DNA of 64,000 nucleotides from an uncultured Chloroflexia bacterium (lineage in GTDB: Bacteria > Chloroflexota > Limnocylindria > Limnocylindrales > CSP1-4). Below are positions 39,873 to 49,915 of this stretch, piece after piece (positions within the stretch are counted from its first letter, which is position 1; every line of letters begins with the position of its first letter). The notes under the pieces are model-generated. The model ran no database searches. It was not told the origin of the DNA and saw only the letters and a list, made by a program, of their open reading frames with translations. Location of the stretch: positions 371,845 through 435,844 of the forward strand of contig CAWEKG010000002.1 of the NCBI GenBank assembly GCA_963809595.1. Reading direction: 5' to 3'. Made by a program: the position numbers and the translations under genes.

Positions 39873-42800
39873 GTGACCGAGGAGCGGCGCCTCGTGACGG
39901 TCCTGTTCGCCGACGTGACCGGCTCGACCGCGCTCGGCGAGACGGTCGATCCCGAGACTCTCCGCGGCCTGCTCGGCCGCTACTTCGCGATCGGCCGGGA
40001 GGTGGTCGAGAGCCACGGCGGCACGATCGAGAAGTTCATCGGCGATGCCTTGATGGCCGTCTTCGGCCTGCCCACGGCGCACGGCGACGACGCCGACCGC
40101 GCGCTCGCCGCGGCTCTGGAGCTCCGCGATCGTGTCCGGGCCGACCCCGCGCTCGGCGAGCGCCTGCCGATCCGGCTGGGCGTGAACAGCGGCGAGGTCG
40201 TGGCCAGCCGGGATGCCGGAGCCGGCGACTTCCTCGTGACGGGCGACGCCGTGAACGTCGCGGCACGGCTCCAGCAGGCGGCGGAGCCGTGGGCGATCGT
40301 CGTCGCCGAGCGGACGGCCAGCGCCGCCCGGGACGCTTTCGCGTTCCGGCCCCCGACCGACGTCGCCGCAAGAGGCAAGGCCCATCCGGTCGCCGCGAGC
40401 GAGCTCCTCGGGCGCTCCACGCGGCGACCGGCGCGACGGACGCCGCTCATCGGGCGGGGCGCGGACCTCGCCCAGCTCGACCTCGTGGCCAACCGGGCAT
40501 TCGACGAGCGCCGGCCGTTCCTGGTCAGCGTGATCGCGCCCCCCGGCGTGGGCAAGTCACGCCTGCTCGAGGAGTTCACGGACCGCCTCCACCGGAACCG
40601 CCCGGGTGTGCAGGTCGCGATCGCCCAGTGCCTCCCGTACGGCCAGCGCCTGACGTTCTGGCCGATGCGGACGTTGCTCCTCGACCTGCTCGAGCTGCCA
40701 GGCGACCTGCCCCCCGAAGCGCTCCGGAGCGGTATCCGGCGGTGGCTGTCCGATTCGGGGGACGAGGCCGCCGACCGGACCGCCGACCTGCTCGCGGCGA
40801 CGATCGGGGCCGGTGAGGTTGAGCTTGCCGATCGGGCCGCGGTCTTCGCGGCCTGGCGGTCGACGATCGAGCTCGCCGCCCTCCGCCGACCGCTCGTGCT
40901 CGTCGTGGAGGACCTCCACTGGTCGAGCGACAGCCTCCTCGACCTCGTCGAGTTCATCCTCCAGCCCCGGGGCGAGATGCCGTTGCTCATGGTCGCCCTG
41001 GCCCGGCCCGAGCTGCTCGACCGCCGACCGACCTGGGGCGGCGGCCGGCGGAACTTCGTGTCGCTGGCGCTCGAGCCGCTGGGCGACGCGGAGGTCGCCG
41101 AGCTCGTCAGGGACCTGCTCGACGGCTTGGGATCGGGCGTCGTCTCGCGTATCGTCGAGCGGGCCGACGGCAACCCGTTCTACGCCGGCGAGATCGTCCG
41201 ATCGATCATGGAGCGGGCACCCGACCTCCGGGATGACGCCGACCGTCGAGGGCCACCTGACGGACCTGCCCGACACCGTCCAGGCGACGATCCTCGCCCG
41301 GCTCGACGTCCTTCCGGCGGCCGACCGCCGGGTCCTCCAGCTCGGCGCCGTCCTGGGTCGCACGTTCCGGAGTGCCGGGGTGGTGGCGCTCGAACCCGCG
41401 CTCGCCGCCACGAGCAGCCGGCTCTTCGACGAGCTGCTGGACCGGGACCTGGTTCGGCCGGCGGAGCGCGACGGGTACGTCTTCCGCCACATCCTCATCC
41501 GCGAGGTCGCCTACGGGACCCTGACCCGCGCCGAGCGGATCCGTCTCCACGAGGCGGCCGCCGGCTGGCTCGAGGCAACCGCCGGCGAGGACGCGGACGC
41601 GCTGGCCGAGCTCATCGCGTACCACTACCAGGAGGCGATCTCGCTGGCGCGGCTGATCGACCTGCCCGTCGATGACGCCACGCGGCGTCGAGCCGTCGCC
41701 TGGCTGGGTCGAGCCGCCAGCGCGGCGGAGGCCGGCTCGGCGATGCTCGAGGCGGGCAGGCACTTGCGCGCCGCGATCGAGTTGGCTCGATCCCGATGAG
41801 CTCCCCGAGCTGTATCTCCGGCTGGGCCAGACCCATCTCGGCAGCGATGCCGGGATCGCAGCGTTCGCCAACGCCTACGAGACCGGCCGAGCATGCGGCC
41901 GGTCGGCGGACTTCCTGCTCCTCGCGCTCGCGCTGCGCATGACGGCCATGACCCGCTGGTTCGCGTCGGTGGCTCGCCAGCCCTCGACCGAGGAGTTCCA
42001 GGTGCTCGTGGACGACGCCGACCAGCTCATGGGGCAGGCCACCGACGATCGCGCCAGGGCGATCTTCCACGTCTCCCAGTCGTTCGTGCCGTTCTGGCTG
42101 GGCAACCTCGGACGACCGACCGACCCGGAGGCGCTCGCCCGGGCGGAGGGCCATGCGCGGCGCGGCCTCGAGATCGCGGAACGGCTCGACGACCCGGAGC
42201 TGATGAGCGCGGCGCTCGACGGGCTCGGCGGCGTGCGCTCGGCGATGGCCGACCACGCGGCGGCCGTCGAGATGGCCCGGCGCCGGCTCGCGCTCGAGCC
42301 GCGGCTTAGCCTCGAGGAGCGGCTCGACGCGCACAACGTCCTCGCCTGGCAGAGCACGCTGGTCGGCGAGCTGGACGAGGCGGTCGACGCCGCGACCCGT
42401 GGTCTGTCGGCCGTCCAGCTGGGCCAGAACCCGCATTTCGCCATCTCGGTCGCCAACTGGCTGCCCTACGCGTATGCCCTTCTCGGTCGATGGGACGAGG
42501 TCCACGCCGCGACGGAGCGCTGCCGCCAGCTGTGGGTCGAAGGGGGCCGGGTGACCGCCGGGTATGCGCTCACCGGCTTCATCGCCGGGCTCGAGGTCGC
42601 CCGGGCGCGCGGGGACGAGGCGGGGATCGAGGCGTTCTCGGAGGTCATCGCCGAGATCGTCGGCCAGTTCGGGGAGAATCACCCGACTCGCCGGCTGGCC
42701 GCCTTCCTCGGACCGGACACCGAGGCGCTCGCCGAGCGCGTCGCCGCCGATTGGGAGTTCTACGTCGAGCGACTCCAGCACGTGGAGCGGGCGTTCGCGA

Positions 42801-43114
42801 TCTGTGCCGACCGAGGCCAGCCGATCGGGCCGCCCGCCGTGGAGCAGGTGATCGAGGCGGCGCGCCACCGGAACACGCGCCCGCTCCTGGGCCAGGCGCT
42901 CCGCGTCCGCGGCGCGCAGGAGGGGAGTGAGGACGACCTGCGCGAGGCGCTGGCCCTGTTCGAGGCGGTCGGCGCCGTGCCGTACGTCGCCCGGGTCGAG
43001 GTGGAGCTCGGCCGGCTGGTCGGCGATGACGCGCTCGTCGAGCGGGGCACCGGCAGGCTCCAGGACCTCGGCGACATCGGCCAGCTCGGTCGGATCCGCC
43101 TCCAGGGGCAGTGA
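39873..43114 (+). CDS. Class III cyclase-STAND ATPase-TPR protein, frameshifted near 41240 and 41785
   Basis: LFADVTGST, KFIGDA, VNVAARLQ, PPGVGKSRL, VEDLHW, GNPFY, FRHILIREVAY. Confidence 0.9.
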
Positions 43115-43190
43115 GGGCGGCGCTGATCCCGGACTCGAACTGAGCGGCCCGCCGCACCACGACCGGCACGATGGGCAGCATCATGGGCAC

Positions 43191-43907
43191 GTGACCGATC
43201 GATCAAGCGAGCCGCCGAGGATCCAGCGGCTCGTCGCGGACCTCGTCGAGACGCCCGAGCCCGACCCGGCTCTCGCCGGGCTGCCCGCCTGGCTTGCCGC
43301 GTCGCCCACGTTCCGCGTGTTCGTCGAAGCCAATCGAGACAAGATCCGCAAGAAGCTGCGAGGTGCGGCGGAGACCGAGGCGAGGCTCGACGTCCGGGCG
43401 GAGCTCCGCGTGGCCGCGCTTCTGCTCGCGGACCGTCGGTTCGAGCTCGTGTTCGAGGCCTACGGCGTCGGGCGCCGCGGGCCCGACTTCACGGCCACCT
43501 ACCGCGCGGGCCGCCCGTTCAACGTCGAGGTGACGCGCCGCCGGTCCGGTCCGGGCGCCGCGTCGCTGGAGCCCTCGATCCTGGGCAAGCTCCGTCAGCT
43601 CCCGCCGTCGGCGTCGAACGTGCTCGTCGTGGCGGTCGATGGGCGGGACGGCGCGCCGGACCCCGGCCCGATCCTGCGTGACCTGCGCGCGCGTGCCGAT
43701 CGCCGTGACGATGCGTTCTTCGCCGCGCGGGGACTCGACGACGCGGCGGCGTTCTACGCCGGCCTCCAGCGGATCGCTGCGGTCGTCACCTGGGCCGAGG
43801 GCGCCGGCGGCCCAGCCCGGGTCGCCTCGTCGGCCAACGCCGGCGCACGGATCCCACTGCCGGGGCCGACCTTTCGGGCGCTCCTGGCGGCGCTCGCCGC
43901 GGAGTGA
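43191..43907 (+). CDS. Hypothetical protein, possible PD-(D/E)XK-like fold
   Basis: Leaderless GTG after CATCAT; GPDF...NVEVT. Confidence 0.6.
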   Translation: MTDRSSEPPRIQRLVADLVETPEPDPALAGLPAWLAASPTFRVFVEANRDKIRKKLRGAAETEARLDVRAELRVAALLLADRRFELVFEAYGVGRRGPDFTATYRAGRPFNVEVTRRRSGPGAASLEPSILGKLRQLPPSASNVLVVAVDGRDGAPDPGPILRDLRARADRRDDAFFAARGLDDAAAFYAGLQRIAAVVTWAEGAGGPARVASSANAGARIPLPGPTFRALLAALAAE

Positions 43908-43985
43908 GCGCGGGCATGTCCGCCGGTCGGATCGCTGCCATCATCTGCGGATCGTGGGCGTACGGGTGTGGCGCGAGGTAGGGAC

Positions 43986-44927
43986 ATGACCGTCATCGAC
44001 TGGCTGCTCGACTCCGATCCCGCGATCCGCTGGCAGGTGATGCGCGACCTGACCCACGAGCCGGCGGACGTCATCGCCGCCGAGCGGTCGAGGGTCGCGA
44101 CCGAGGGCTGGGGCGCCCGGCTGCTCGCGCTCCAGGCGCCGGACGGCCGGTGGGCCGGCCGGCCGTGGTCGCACGACTGGACCGACACGTTCCACGTCCT
44201 GGAGCTCCTGCGACGGTTCGGGCTCGATCCCCGAGAGCGAGGGGGCCCGGCGGGCTGTCGAGCTCGTCCGCGAGCACGTCACCTGGCGGGATCCGCGACT
44301 GTCGAGACCCCGTGGGCCGACAACCGGTTCTTCGAGGGCGAGGTCGAGCCGTGCATCAACGGCAACGTCGTCGCGACCGGCTCGTACTTCGGGGTGGACA
44401 TGACGCCGCTCGTCGACCGGCTCCTCGGCGAGCAGCTCCCCGACGGCGGCTGGAACTGCGAGGTCGAGAACGGCGCGACGGTGTCGTCGTTCGGGACGAC
44501 GATCAACGTCCTCGAGGGCCTGCTCGAGCACGAGCGGGCGATCGGCGGCTCGGCCGAGGTGCGCGCGGCACGCCAGCGCGGCGAGGCGTACATGCTCGAG
44601 CGCCGGCTGTTCCGGCGGAAGTCGACCGGCGAGGTGATCGACCCGAGCTGGCTCCGGTTCTCGTTCCCGACCTGGTATCACTACGACGTCCTGCGCGGGC
44701 TGGAGTACCTGCGTGACGCCGAGGTCGAGCCCGACGAGCGCGTCGCCGAGGCGATCGGGGTCGTCGAGGGCCATCGGGATCCCGACGGCCGGTGGCCGCT
44801 CCAGAACGTCCACGAGGGCGAGGCCCACTTCCAGATGGACGACGGCGAGGGCAAGCCGAGCCGGTGGAACACGCTCCGCGCGTTGCGCGTGCTCGACTGG
44901 TTCGCGCACGAGCGGGCACGCTTCTGA
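43986..44927 (+). CDS. Prenyltransferase/squalene cyclase repeat protein (compensated frameshifts near 44230-44300)
   Basis: WLLDSDPAIRWQ, QAPDGRW, EPCING, QLPDGGWNC, SRWNTLRALRV. Confidence 0.82.
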   Translation: MTVIDWLLDSDPAIRWQVMRDLTHEPADVIAAERSRVATEGWGARLLALQAPDGRWAGRPWSHDWTDTFHVLELLRRFGLDPRERGGPAGCRARPRARHLAGSATVETPWADNRFFEGEVEPCINGNVVATGSYFGVDMTPLVDRLLGEQLPDGGWNCEVENGATVSSFGTTINVLEGLLEHERAIGGSAEVRAARQRGEAYMLERRLFRRKSTGEVIDPSWLRFSFPTWYHYDVLRGLEYLRDAEVEPDERVAEAIGVVEGHRDPDGRWPLQNVHEGEAHFQMDDGEGKPSRWNTLRALRVLDWFAHERARF

Positions 44928-44942
44928 GATCGGCTTGACAGG

Positions 44943-44961
44943 CCGGGGTTATACTCCGGGT
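44943..44961 (+). promoter_or_regulatory. TA promoter -10 within an inverted-repeat operator
   Basis: CCGGGGT-TAT-ACTCCGG overlapping TATACT (44950-44955), ATG at 44962. Confidence 0.65.
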
Positions 44962-45198
44962 ATGAAGACCGCGGTGTCCGTGCCGGATGACGTGTTCGAA
45001 CGAGCCGAGCGACTCGCGAGACGAGAGCGACGATCCCGCAGCGACGTCTACAGCACCGCGCTCCGTGAGTACGTCGCCCGCCACGACCCCGACGACGTCG
45101 TCGAGGCCCTGGACCGGGCGGTCGCGGCGGTGGGTGAGGAGCTCGACCCATTCGTGACCGCCGCCGGTCGACGAGTGCTCGCTGCTTCGGATTGGTGA
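44962..45198 (+). CDS. RHH antitoxin (ChpI/MazE-like)
   Basis: MKTAVSVPDDVF...SRSDVY; overlaps toxin start. Confidence 0.88.
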   Translation: MKTAVSVPDDVFERAERLARRERRSRSDVYSTALREYVARHDPDDVVEALDRAVAAVGEELDPFVTAAGRRVLAASDW

Positions 45199-45536
45199 TC
45201 GCCCAGGGCGACGTCTGGTGGGCGGATCTGGGCGATCCCGTCGGCTCGGAGCCAGGGTTCCGCCGGCCGGTGATCATCGTCCAGGGCGACAGCTTCAACC
45301 GAAGCGCGATCCGCACGGTCGTGGTCGTCCCCCTGACGAGCAACCTCAAGTGGGCATCGGCGCCCGGGAATGTCCGGTTGACCGCGCGGGCGACGGGTCT
45401 GGACCGCGACGGCGTCGCCAACGTCTCGCAGATCGTCACGATCGATCGATCGACCCTGATCGACCGTGTCGGTCGACTGACGAGCGCCAAGCTCGACCTC
45501 GTCCTCGCCGGGCTCGACACCGTCCTGGGACGGTAA
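45192..45536 (+). CDS. mazF: PemK/MazF endoribonuclease toxin
   Basis: GDVWWADL, GSEPGFRRPV, PLTSN, NVSQI. Confidence 0.95.
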   Translation: MVIAQGDVWWADLGDPVGSEPGFRRPVIIVQGDSFNRSAIRTVVVVPLTSNLKWASAPGNVRLTARATGLDRDGVANVSQIVTIDRSTLIDRVGRLTSAKLDLVLAGLDTVLGR

Positions 45537-45594
45537 CCGGTCGAGCTCGGCGCCAGTCGCCTTGCACGTCACCCGCCGGCCGATGCCGACGTGG

Positions 45595-46053
45595 TCAACG
45601 CGGGTGGAGCTCGAAGACCGCCCGACCCTCGGCCGCCTCGCGGGGACGATCCAGATCGGTCCCGTCGATGGTGCGGACGAACCACATGCCGAATCGCATG
45701 TCCCGCGCGACCGGACCAAGGACGTCGCGAAAGAACCCGACTCGTTCGCTCGCGTCCAGTTCCGTGGCCGCAACGTCCTCCTTCCGGCCCCGGACGGTTA
45801 TGGTCGCGCCCCCGGCGGCCCGCAGGTTGCGAACCCAGTGGACATCGCCCCAGGGGGACCAGATCCAACGCCGGCCGGAGGCCTCGATGATCGCCAGGGG
45901 CGTGGTGCGAGGCAGGCCGCTCTTCCGGCCGCGGACCGTCAGGAGCCCGTTGGGACCCAGTGGAACGCCGGCGGCCAACAGAGGACGGGTGATCGGGGTG
46001 AACATCGTGACCCAACGTGGAGCGCCGGTGGGACTGCCGATCTGCTCGCTCAT
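45595..46053 (-). CDS. Deazaflavin-dependent nitroreductase/quinone reductase family protein
   Basis: LTVRGRKSGLPRTTP, WVRNLRAAG. Confidence 0.88.
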   Translation of the reverse strand: MSEQIGSPTGAPRWVTMFTPITRPLLAAGVPLGPNGLLTVRGRKSGLPRTTPLAIIEASGRRWIWSPWGDVHWVRNLRAAGGATITVRGRKEDVAATELDASERVGFFRDVLGPVARDMRFGMWFVRTIDGTDLDRPREAAEGRAVFELHPR

Positions 46054-46100
46054 TCGGGTGACTCCTTCGTGCATCGGTCCTTCCGGGGTGTCACAGAGGG

Positions 46101-46127
46101 GACCCGCACGAAGGCGCGGACGTGACC
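46101..46127 (-). promoter_or_regulatory. ECF41-type promoter GGTCACG-N16-GGTC
   Basis: Same motif and spacing as the site upstream of the sigma gene. Confidence 0.7.
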
Positions 46128-46147
46128 GCCGCCGGTGGAACGAACCC

Positions 46148-47032
46148 TCAGCCGGCGACCACGGTGAGGTCCAGCCGGGCGAGCCGGTCCGGATCAGCCA
46201 GGATGTCGATCGCGAGGATCCGTCCGCCCCGGACCGTCAGGGCCAGGACGGCGAATGGACTCCCGTCCGGCGTCCACGCGATCGCTCCCGGGGCTCCGTT
46301 GACGAGGACCCGCGTCGCCGTCTCCGCGAATCGACGGAAGGTCATCGCCTGCTCGGCGACGGCCTGGGCGCCGCGGACCACCGACACGAGGCTCGGACGC
46401 GCGACCCCGCCGTCCGACCGCACGACCACATCCGGATCGAGGACGGCGAGGAGTCGTTCGAAGTCGCCAGAACGCGCCGCGGCCAGGAAGGCCTCGACGA
46501 CGACCCATTGGCCATCGAGGTCGACGTCCGGCACGGGCGCCCCCCGGATCCGACGACGGGCACGGCTCGCCAGCTGCCTCGTCGCCGCGGGCGTGCGACC
46601 GACGATCGGGGCGATCTTGTCGAACGGCACGGCGAACACGTCGTGCAGCACGAAGGCGATCCGTTCCGCGGGTGTCAGCGAGTCGAGGACGACGAGCATC
46701 GCGAGCCCGACCGAATCGCCCAACAGGGCCTCCTGCTCGGGATCCATCCCCGCCTCGGGGCTCACGATGGGATCCGGGAGGTGGGTCTCCAGGGACGATT
46801 CGCGCCGCGTCCTGCGCGATCGCAGCATGTTGAGGCAGACGCGCCCCACGACCGTCGTCAGCCAGGCCCGCAGGTCGTCGACGTCGCTCGTGTCGGTGCG
46901 GCTGAGGCGGATCCAGGCTTCCTGGACGGCGTCGTCCGCCTCGGTCAGCGAGCCGAGCATCCGGAAGGCGACGCCGCGCAGGTGGGAGCGGTCGGCCTCG
47001 AAGCGCTCGGCGAGCCAGTCCTGGTCGTGCAT
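46148..47032 (-). CDS. ECF41 (SigJ-like) sigma factor with SnoaL C-terminus
   Basis: EADDAVQEAW, HLPDP, AFVLHDVF, RQLASRARR, DGG, ADPDRL. Confidence 0.92.
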   Translation of the reverse strand: MHDQDWLAERFEADRSHLRGVAFRMLGSLTEADDAVQEAWIRLSRTDTSDVDDLRAWLTTVVGRVCLNMLRSRRTRRESSLETHLPDPIVSPEAGMDPEQEALLGDSVGLAMLVVLDSLTPAERIAFVLHDVFAVPFDKIAPIVGRTPAATRQLASRARRRIRGAPVPDVDLDGQWVVVEAFLAAARSGDFERLLAVLDPDVVVRSDGGVARPSLVSVVRGAQAVAEQAMTFRRFAETATRVLVNGAPGAIAWTPDGSPFAVLALTVRGGRILAIDILADPDRLARLDLTVVAG

Positions 47033-47067
47033 CGGTGAGATTCCTGCGCTTGCTCCGGTGATGGCTT

Positions 47068-47094
47068 GACCCGGGAGCCGGCGTCGATGTGACC
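47068..47094 (-). promoter_or_regulatory. ECF41-type autoregulatory promoter GGTCACA-N16-GGTC
   Basis: Resembles the TGTCACA-N16-CGTC ECF41 consensus. Confidence 0.7.
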
Positions 47095-47180
47095 GGCCTA
47101 CTGTGACGCCATGCTCGTCATCGTGCCCCGCTTGACGTGGCATGCGAGCCTATGTGAAGCACAACCGCCGAGACAGAGGA

Positions 47181-47295
47181 AAGGAGCGTCATGGGAGCAG
47201 TCATGTCCAGCCAGAAGGTGATCACCTCCTTGGAAGGCATGAGGCTCCATGCGTACGCTCAATCTCGGCATCCTGGCCCACGTCGACGCCGGTAA
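47181..47295 (+). promoter_or_regulatory. Putative translational attenuator (uORF 47191-47295, anti-SD mimic)
   Basis: AAGGAG SD at 47181, ATG 47191, GATCACCTCCTT at 47220-47231. Confidence 0.5.
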
Positions 47296-49264
47296 GACCA
47301 CCCTCACCGAGCGACTCCTCTTCACCACCGGCGCCATCGATCGCGTCGGCAGCGTCGACGCCGGAACCACCCAGACCGACTCCCTCGAGCTCGAACGCGA
47401 GCGCGGCATCACGATCCGCTCCGCGGTCGCCTCGTTCCTGGTCGGCGACCTCGCGGTCAACCTCGTCGACACGCCGGGCCACCCGGACTTCATCGCCGAG
47501 GTCGAGCGCGTCCTCGGCGTGCTCGACGGCGCCGTGCTCGTCGTCTCGGCGGTCGAGGGCGTCCAGCCGCAGACGCCGCTCCTGTTCCGCGCGCTCCAGC
47601 GGCTCCGCGTCCCGACGCTGATCTTCGTCAACAAGATCGACCGGGCCGGCGCCGACCCGGAGCGCGTCGTCGAGGCGATGGCGCGCCGGCTCGCACCCGC
47701 CGTCGTGCCGATGGGAACCGTCCGCGACGCCGGCCGCCGTGACGCGGCGTTCCTCCCGTTCGCGGCGGACGACCAGGTCCGTGGTTCCGCCCTGACGGAG
47801 GTCCTCGCCGAGCACGACGAGGCGATCCTCGCGGGCCTACCTTCGCGACGAGGCGGCGCTGTCGCCGGCCCGCCTGCGGCCAGCAGCTGGCGGCCCAGAC
47901 GCGCCAGGGCTGGGTCCACCCGGTGTTCTTCGGGTCGGCGGCGACGGGTGCGGGGATCGACGCGCTGCTCGCCGGCGTCGACGAGCTCCTGTCGGGCGCT
48001 CGCGGCGACCCGGACGCGGCGGTCTCCGGCCGGGTGTTCAAGATCGAGCGCACGGCATCGGGCGAGCGGGTCGCCTACGTCCGCCTGTTCGGCCGGCACG
48101 CTCCGACCGCGCCAGCGCGTCCGAGTCGGGGAAGGGGAGGAGGCGAAGCCGACCTCGATCAAGGTGTTCGCGCCGGCCGGTGCGCCGCGCCGTGACGTCC
48201 TCGCCGCCGGCGAGATGGCGGCGGTCCGCGGTCTCGGTGCGGTTCGGGTCGGCGACGCGATCGGCGAGCCGCCCCCGGGCCAGGCCGAGACCGCTCGCTT
48301 CCCGCGGCCGACACTCGAGGCCGTCGTCTTCCCGCTCCGGCCCGAGCAGTCCGGCAGCCTCCGCGCGGCCCTTGCCCAGCTCGCCGAGCAGGACCCGCTC
48401 ATCGACGTCCGCCAGGACGACCATCGCCACGAGATCACGGTCTCGCTGTACGGCGAGGTCCAGAAGGAGGTCATCGGGGCGACGCTCGAGCGCGACTACG
48501 GCATCGCCGCCGACTTCCGCGAGACGACGACGGTGTGCATCGAGCGGCCGGCCCGGGTCGGCGAGGCCGACGAGGTCATCCGGGCGAAGACGAAGACGAA
48601 CATCACCGGGCGCAGCTCGCCGCTCAGCACGAACCCATTCCTGGCGACGCTGGGCCTCCGGATCGAGCCGGCGCCGCGGGCTCGGGGATCGAGTATCGCC
48701 ACCGAGGTCGAAGCCCGGCTCATCCCGCTCTACCTGTTCAAGACGCCCGCGATGTTCGCGACCCAGATGGAGGCGTACGTCCACGAGGCGCTGGCCGAGG
48801 GGCTCGCGGGCTGGCAGGTGACCGACTGCCGGGTCACCCTGACCGACTGCGGCTACGCCTCACCGGCCACGAGCGCGGCCGACTTCCGGCGGCTGACCCA
48901 GCTCGTCGTGCTGACCGCCCTCGATCGCGCCGGGACGTGGGTCTGCGAGCCGCTCGCGGACATCGCGCTCGAGATGCCCTCGTCGACCGCGCCCGGCGTT
49001 CTCGCGGCCCTGGGTCGGCTGGGCGGCCGCGTCCGCGGCCAGTTCTCGGCGAACGGCGTCGCGAAGGTCGATGCGGTGATGCCGGTCGCGCGCGTCCGCT
49101 CGCTGCAGCACCAGCTGCCCGGCCTGTCGATGGGGGAGGGCATCCTCGAGACCCGCTTCGGCGGCTACCAGCCGATCGGCGACGACCCGCCGCGGCGTGC
49201 CCGCCCAGGCCCCAGCCCACTCGACCGCGACGCGTGGCTCGCCTCGCTCTTGAAACGCGGATGA
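47249..49264 (+). CDS. TetM/TetO/OtrA-like ribosomal protection GTPase (compensated frameshifts ~47840-48095)
   Basis: AHVDAGKTT, ERERGITI, DTPGHPDF, NKID, LYGEVQKEV, GWQVTDC, TSAADFR. Confidence 0.9.
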   Translation: MRTLNLGILAHVDAGKTTLTERLLFTTGAIDRVGSVDAGTTQTDSLELERERGITIRSAVASFLVGDLAVNLVDTPGHPDFIAEVERVLGVLDGAVLVVSAVEGVQPQTPLLFRALQRLRVPTLIFVNKIDRAGADPERVVEAMARRLAPAVVPMGTVRDAGRRDAAFLPFAADDQVRGSALTEVLAEHDEAILAGLPSRRGGAVAGPPAASSWRPRRARAGSTRCSSGRRRRVRGSTRCSPASTSSCRALAATRTRRSPAGCSRSSARHRASGSPTSACSAGTLRPRQRVRVGEGEEAKPTSIKVFAPAGAPRRDVLAAGEMAAVRGLGAVRVGDAIGEPPPGQAETARFPRPTLEAVVFPLRPEQSGSLRAALAQLAEQDPLIDVRQDDHRHEITVSLYGEVQKEVIGATLERDYGIAADFRETTTVCIERPARVGEADEVIRAKTKTNITGRSSPLSTNPFLATLGLRIEPAPRARGSSIATEVEARLIPLYLFKTPAMFATQMEAYVHEALAEGLAGWQVTDCRVTLTDCGYASPATSAADFRRLTQLVVLTALDRAGTWVCEPLADIALEMPSSTAPGVLAALGRLGGRVRGQFSANGVAKVDAVMPVARVRSLQHQLPGLSMGEGILETRFGGYQPIGDDPPRRARPGPSPLDRDAWLASLLKRG

Positions 49265-49281
49265 GGCGCCGGATCGCCGCA

Positions 49282-49915
49282 TCACCCGGATCGTGGATGG
49301 AGCAGACCCCGTTCGTAGGCCGTCGCCACGGCCGCGGCCCGGTCGCCGACGCCGAGCTTGGCGTAGATGTGGAGGAGATGCGTCTTGACCGTCGCCTCGG
49401 AGATGAATAGGCGCGTGGCGGCACCGCGATTGGTCTCGCCCCGGGCGATGAGCGAAAGGACCTCCAGCTCGCGTTCGCTGAGCTGGTCCTGGGCGGGGCC
49501 GCGCAGGTCGGCGACCAGACGAGTCGCTACCGACGGGGCGAGCACCGCCTCGCCGCGGGCCGCCGCGCGGATGGCCCGCAGGAGCTCGGGCCGCGGCGCG
49601 TCCTTGAGCAGGTAGCCGGTCGCGCCGGCGCCGAGTGCCGGGAGCACGTCCCGGTCGCTGTCGTAGGTCGTCAGCACCAGCACCCGAGCCGTCGACCGGC
49701 GTTGCGCCAGGGTCCGGATCGACTCGAGGCCGCCGACACCGGGCATCCGCAGGTCCATGAGGATGACATCGGGCGCGAGCGGTCGACGAGCGCGAGCACC
49801 TCGGCACCGTCGCCGGCCTCGCCCACGACCTCGAAGTCCGGCTCCGCGGCCAGCATGCCCCGGAGGCCGTCGCGGACATCGGGTGGTCGTCGGCGATGAG
49901 CACGGATGGGGTCAT
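49282..49915 (-). CDS. NarL/LuxR response regulator, frameshifted
   Basis: IADDHP, MDLRMP, GYLLKD, LSERELEVL, TVKTHL. Confidence 0.9.

Noticed and set aside
44935-44940. TTGACA as the -35 of the TA promoter
   Set aside because: Only 9 nt from TATACT, incompatible with sigma70 spacing
47220-47231. 16S rRNA gene fragment
   Set aside because: Only 12 nt match the 16S 3' end; the flanks are not rRNA
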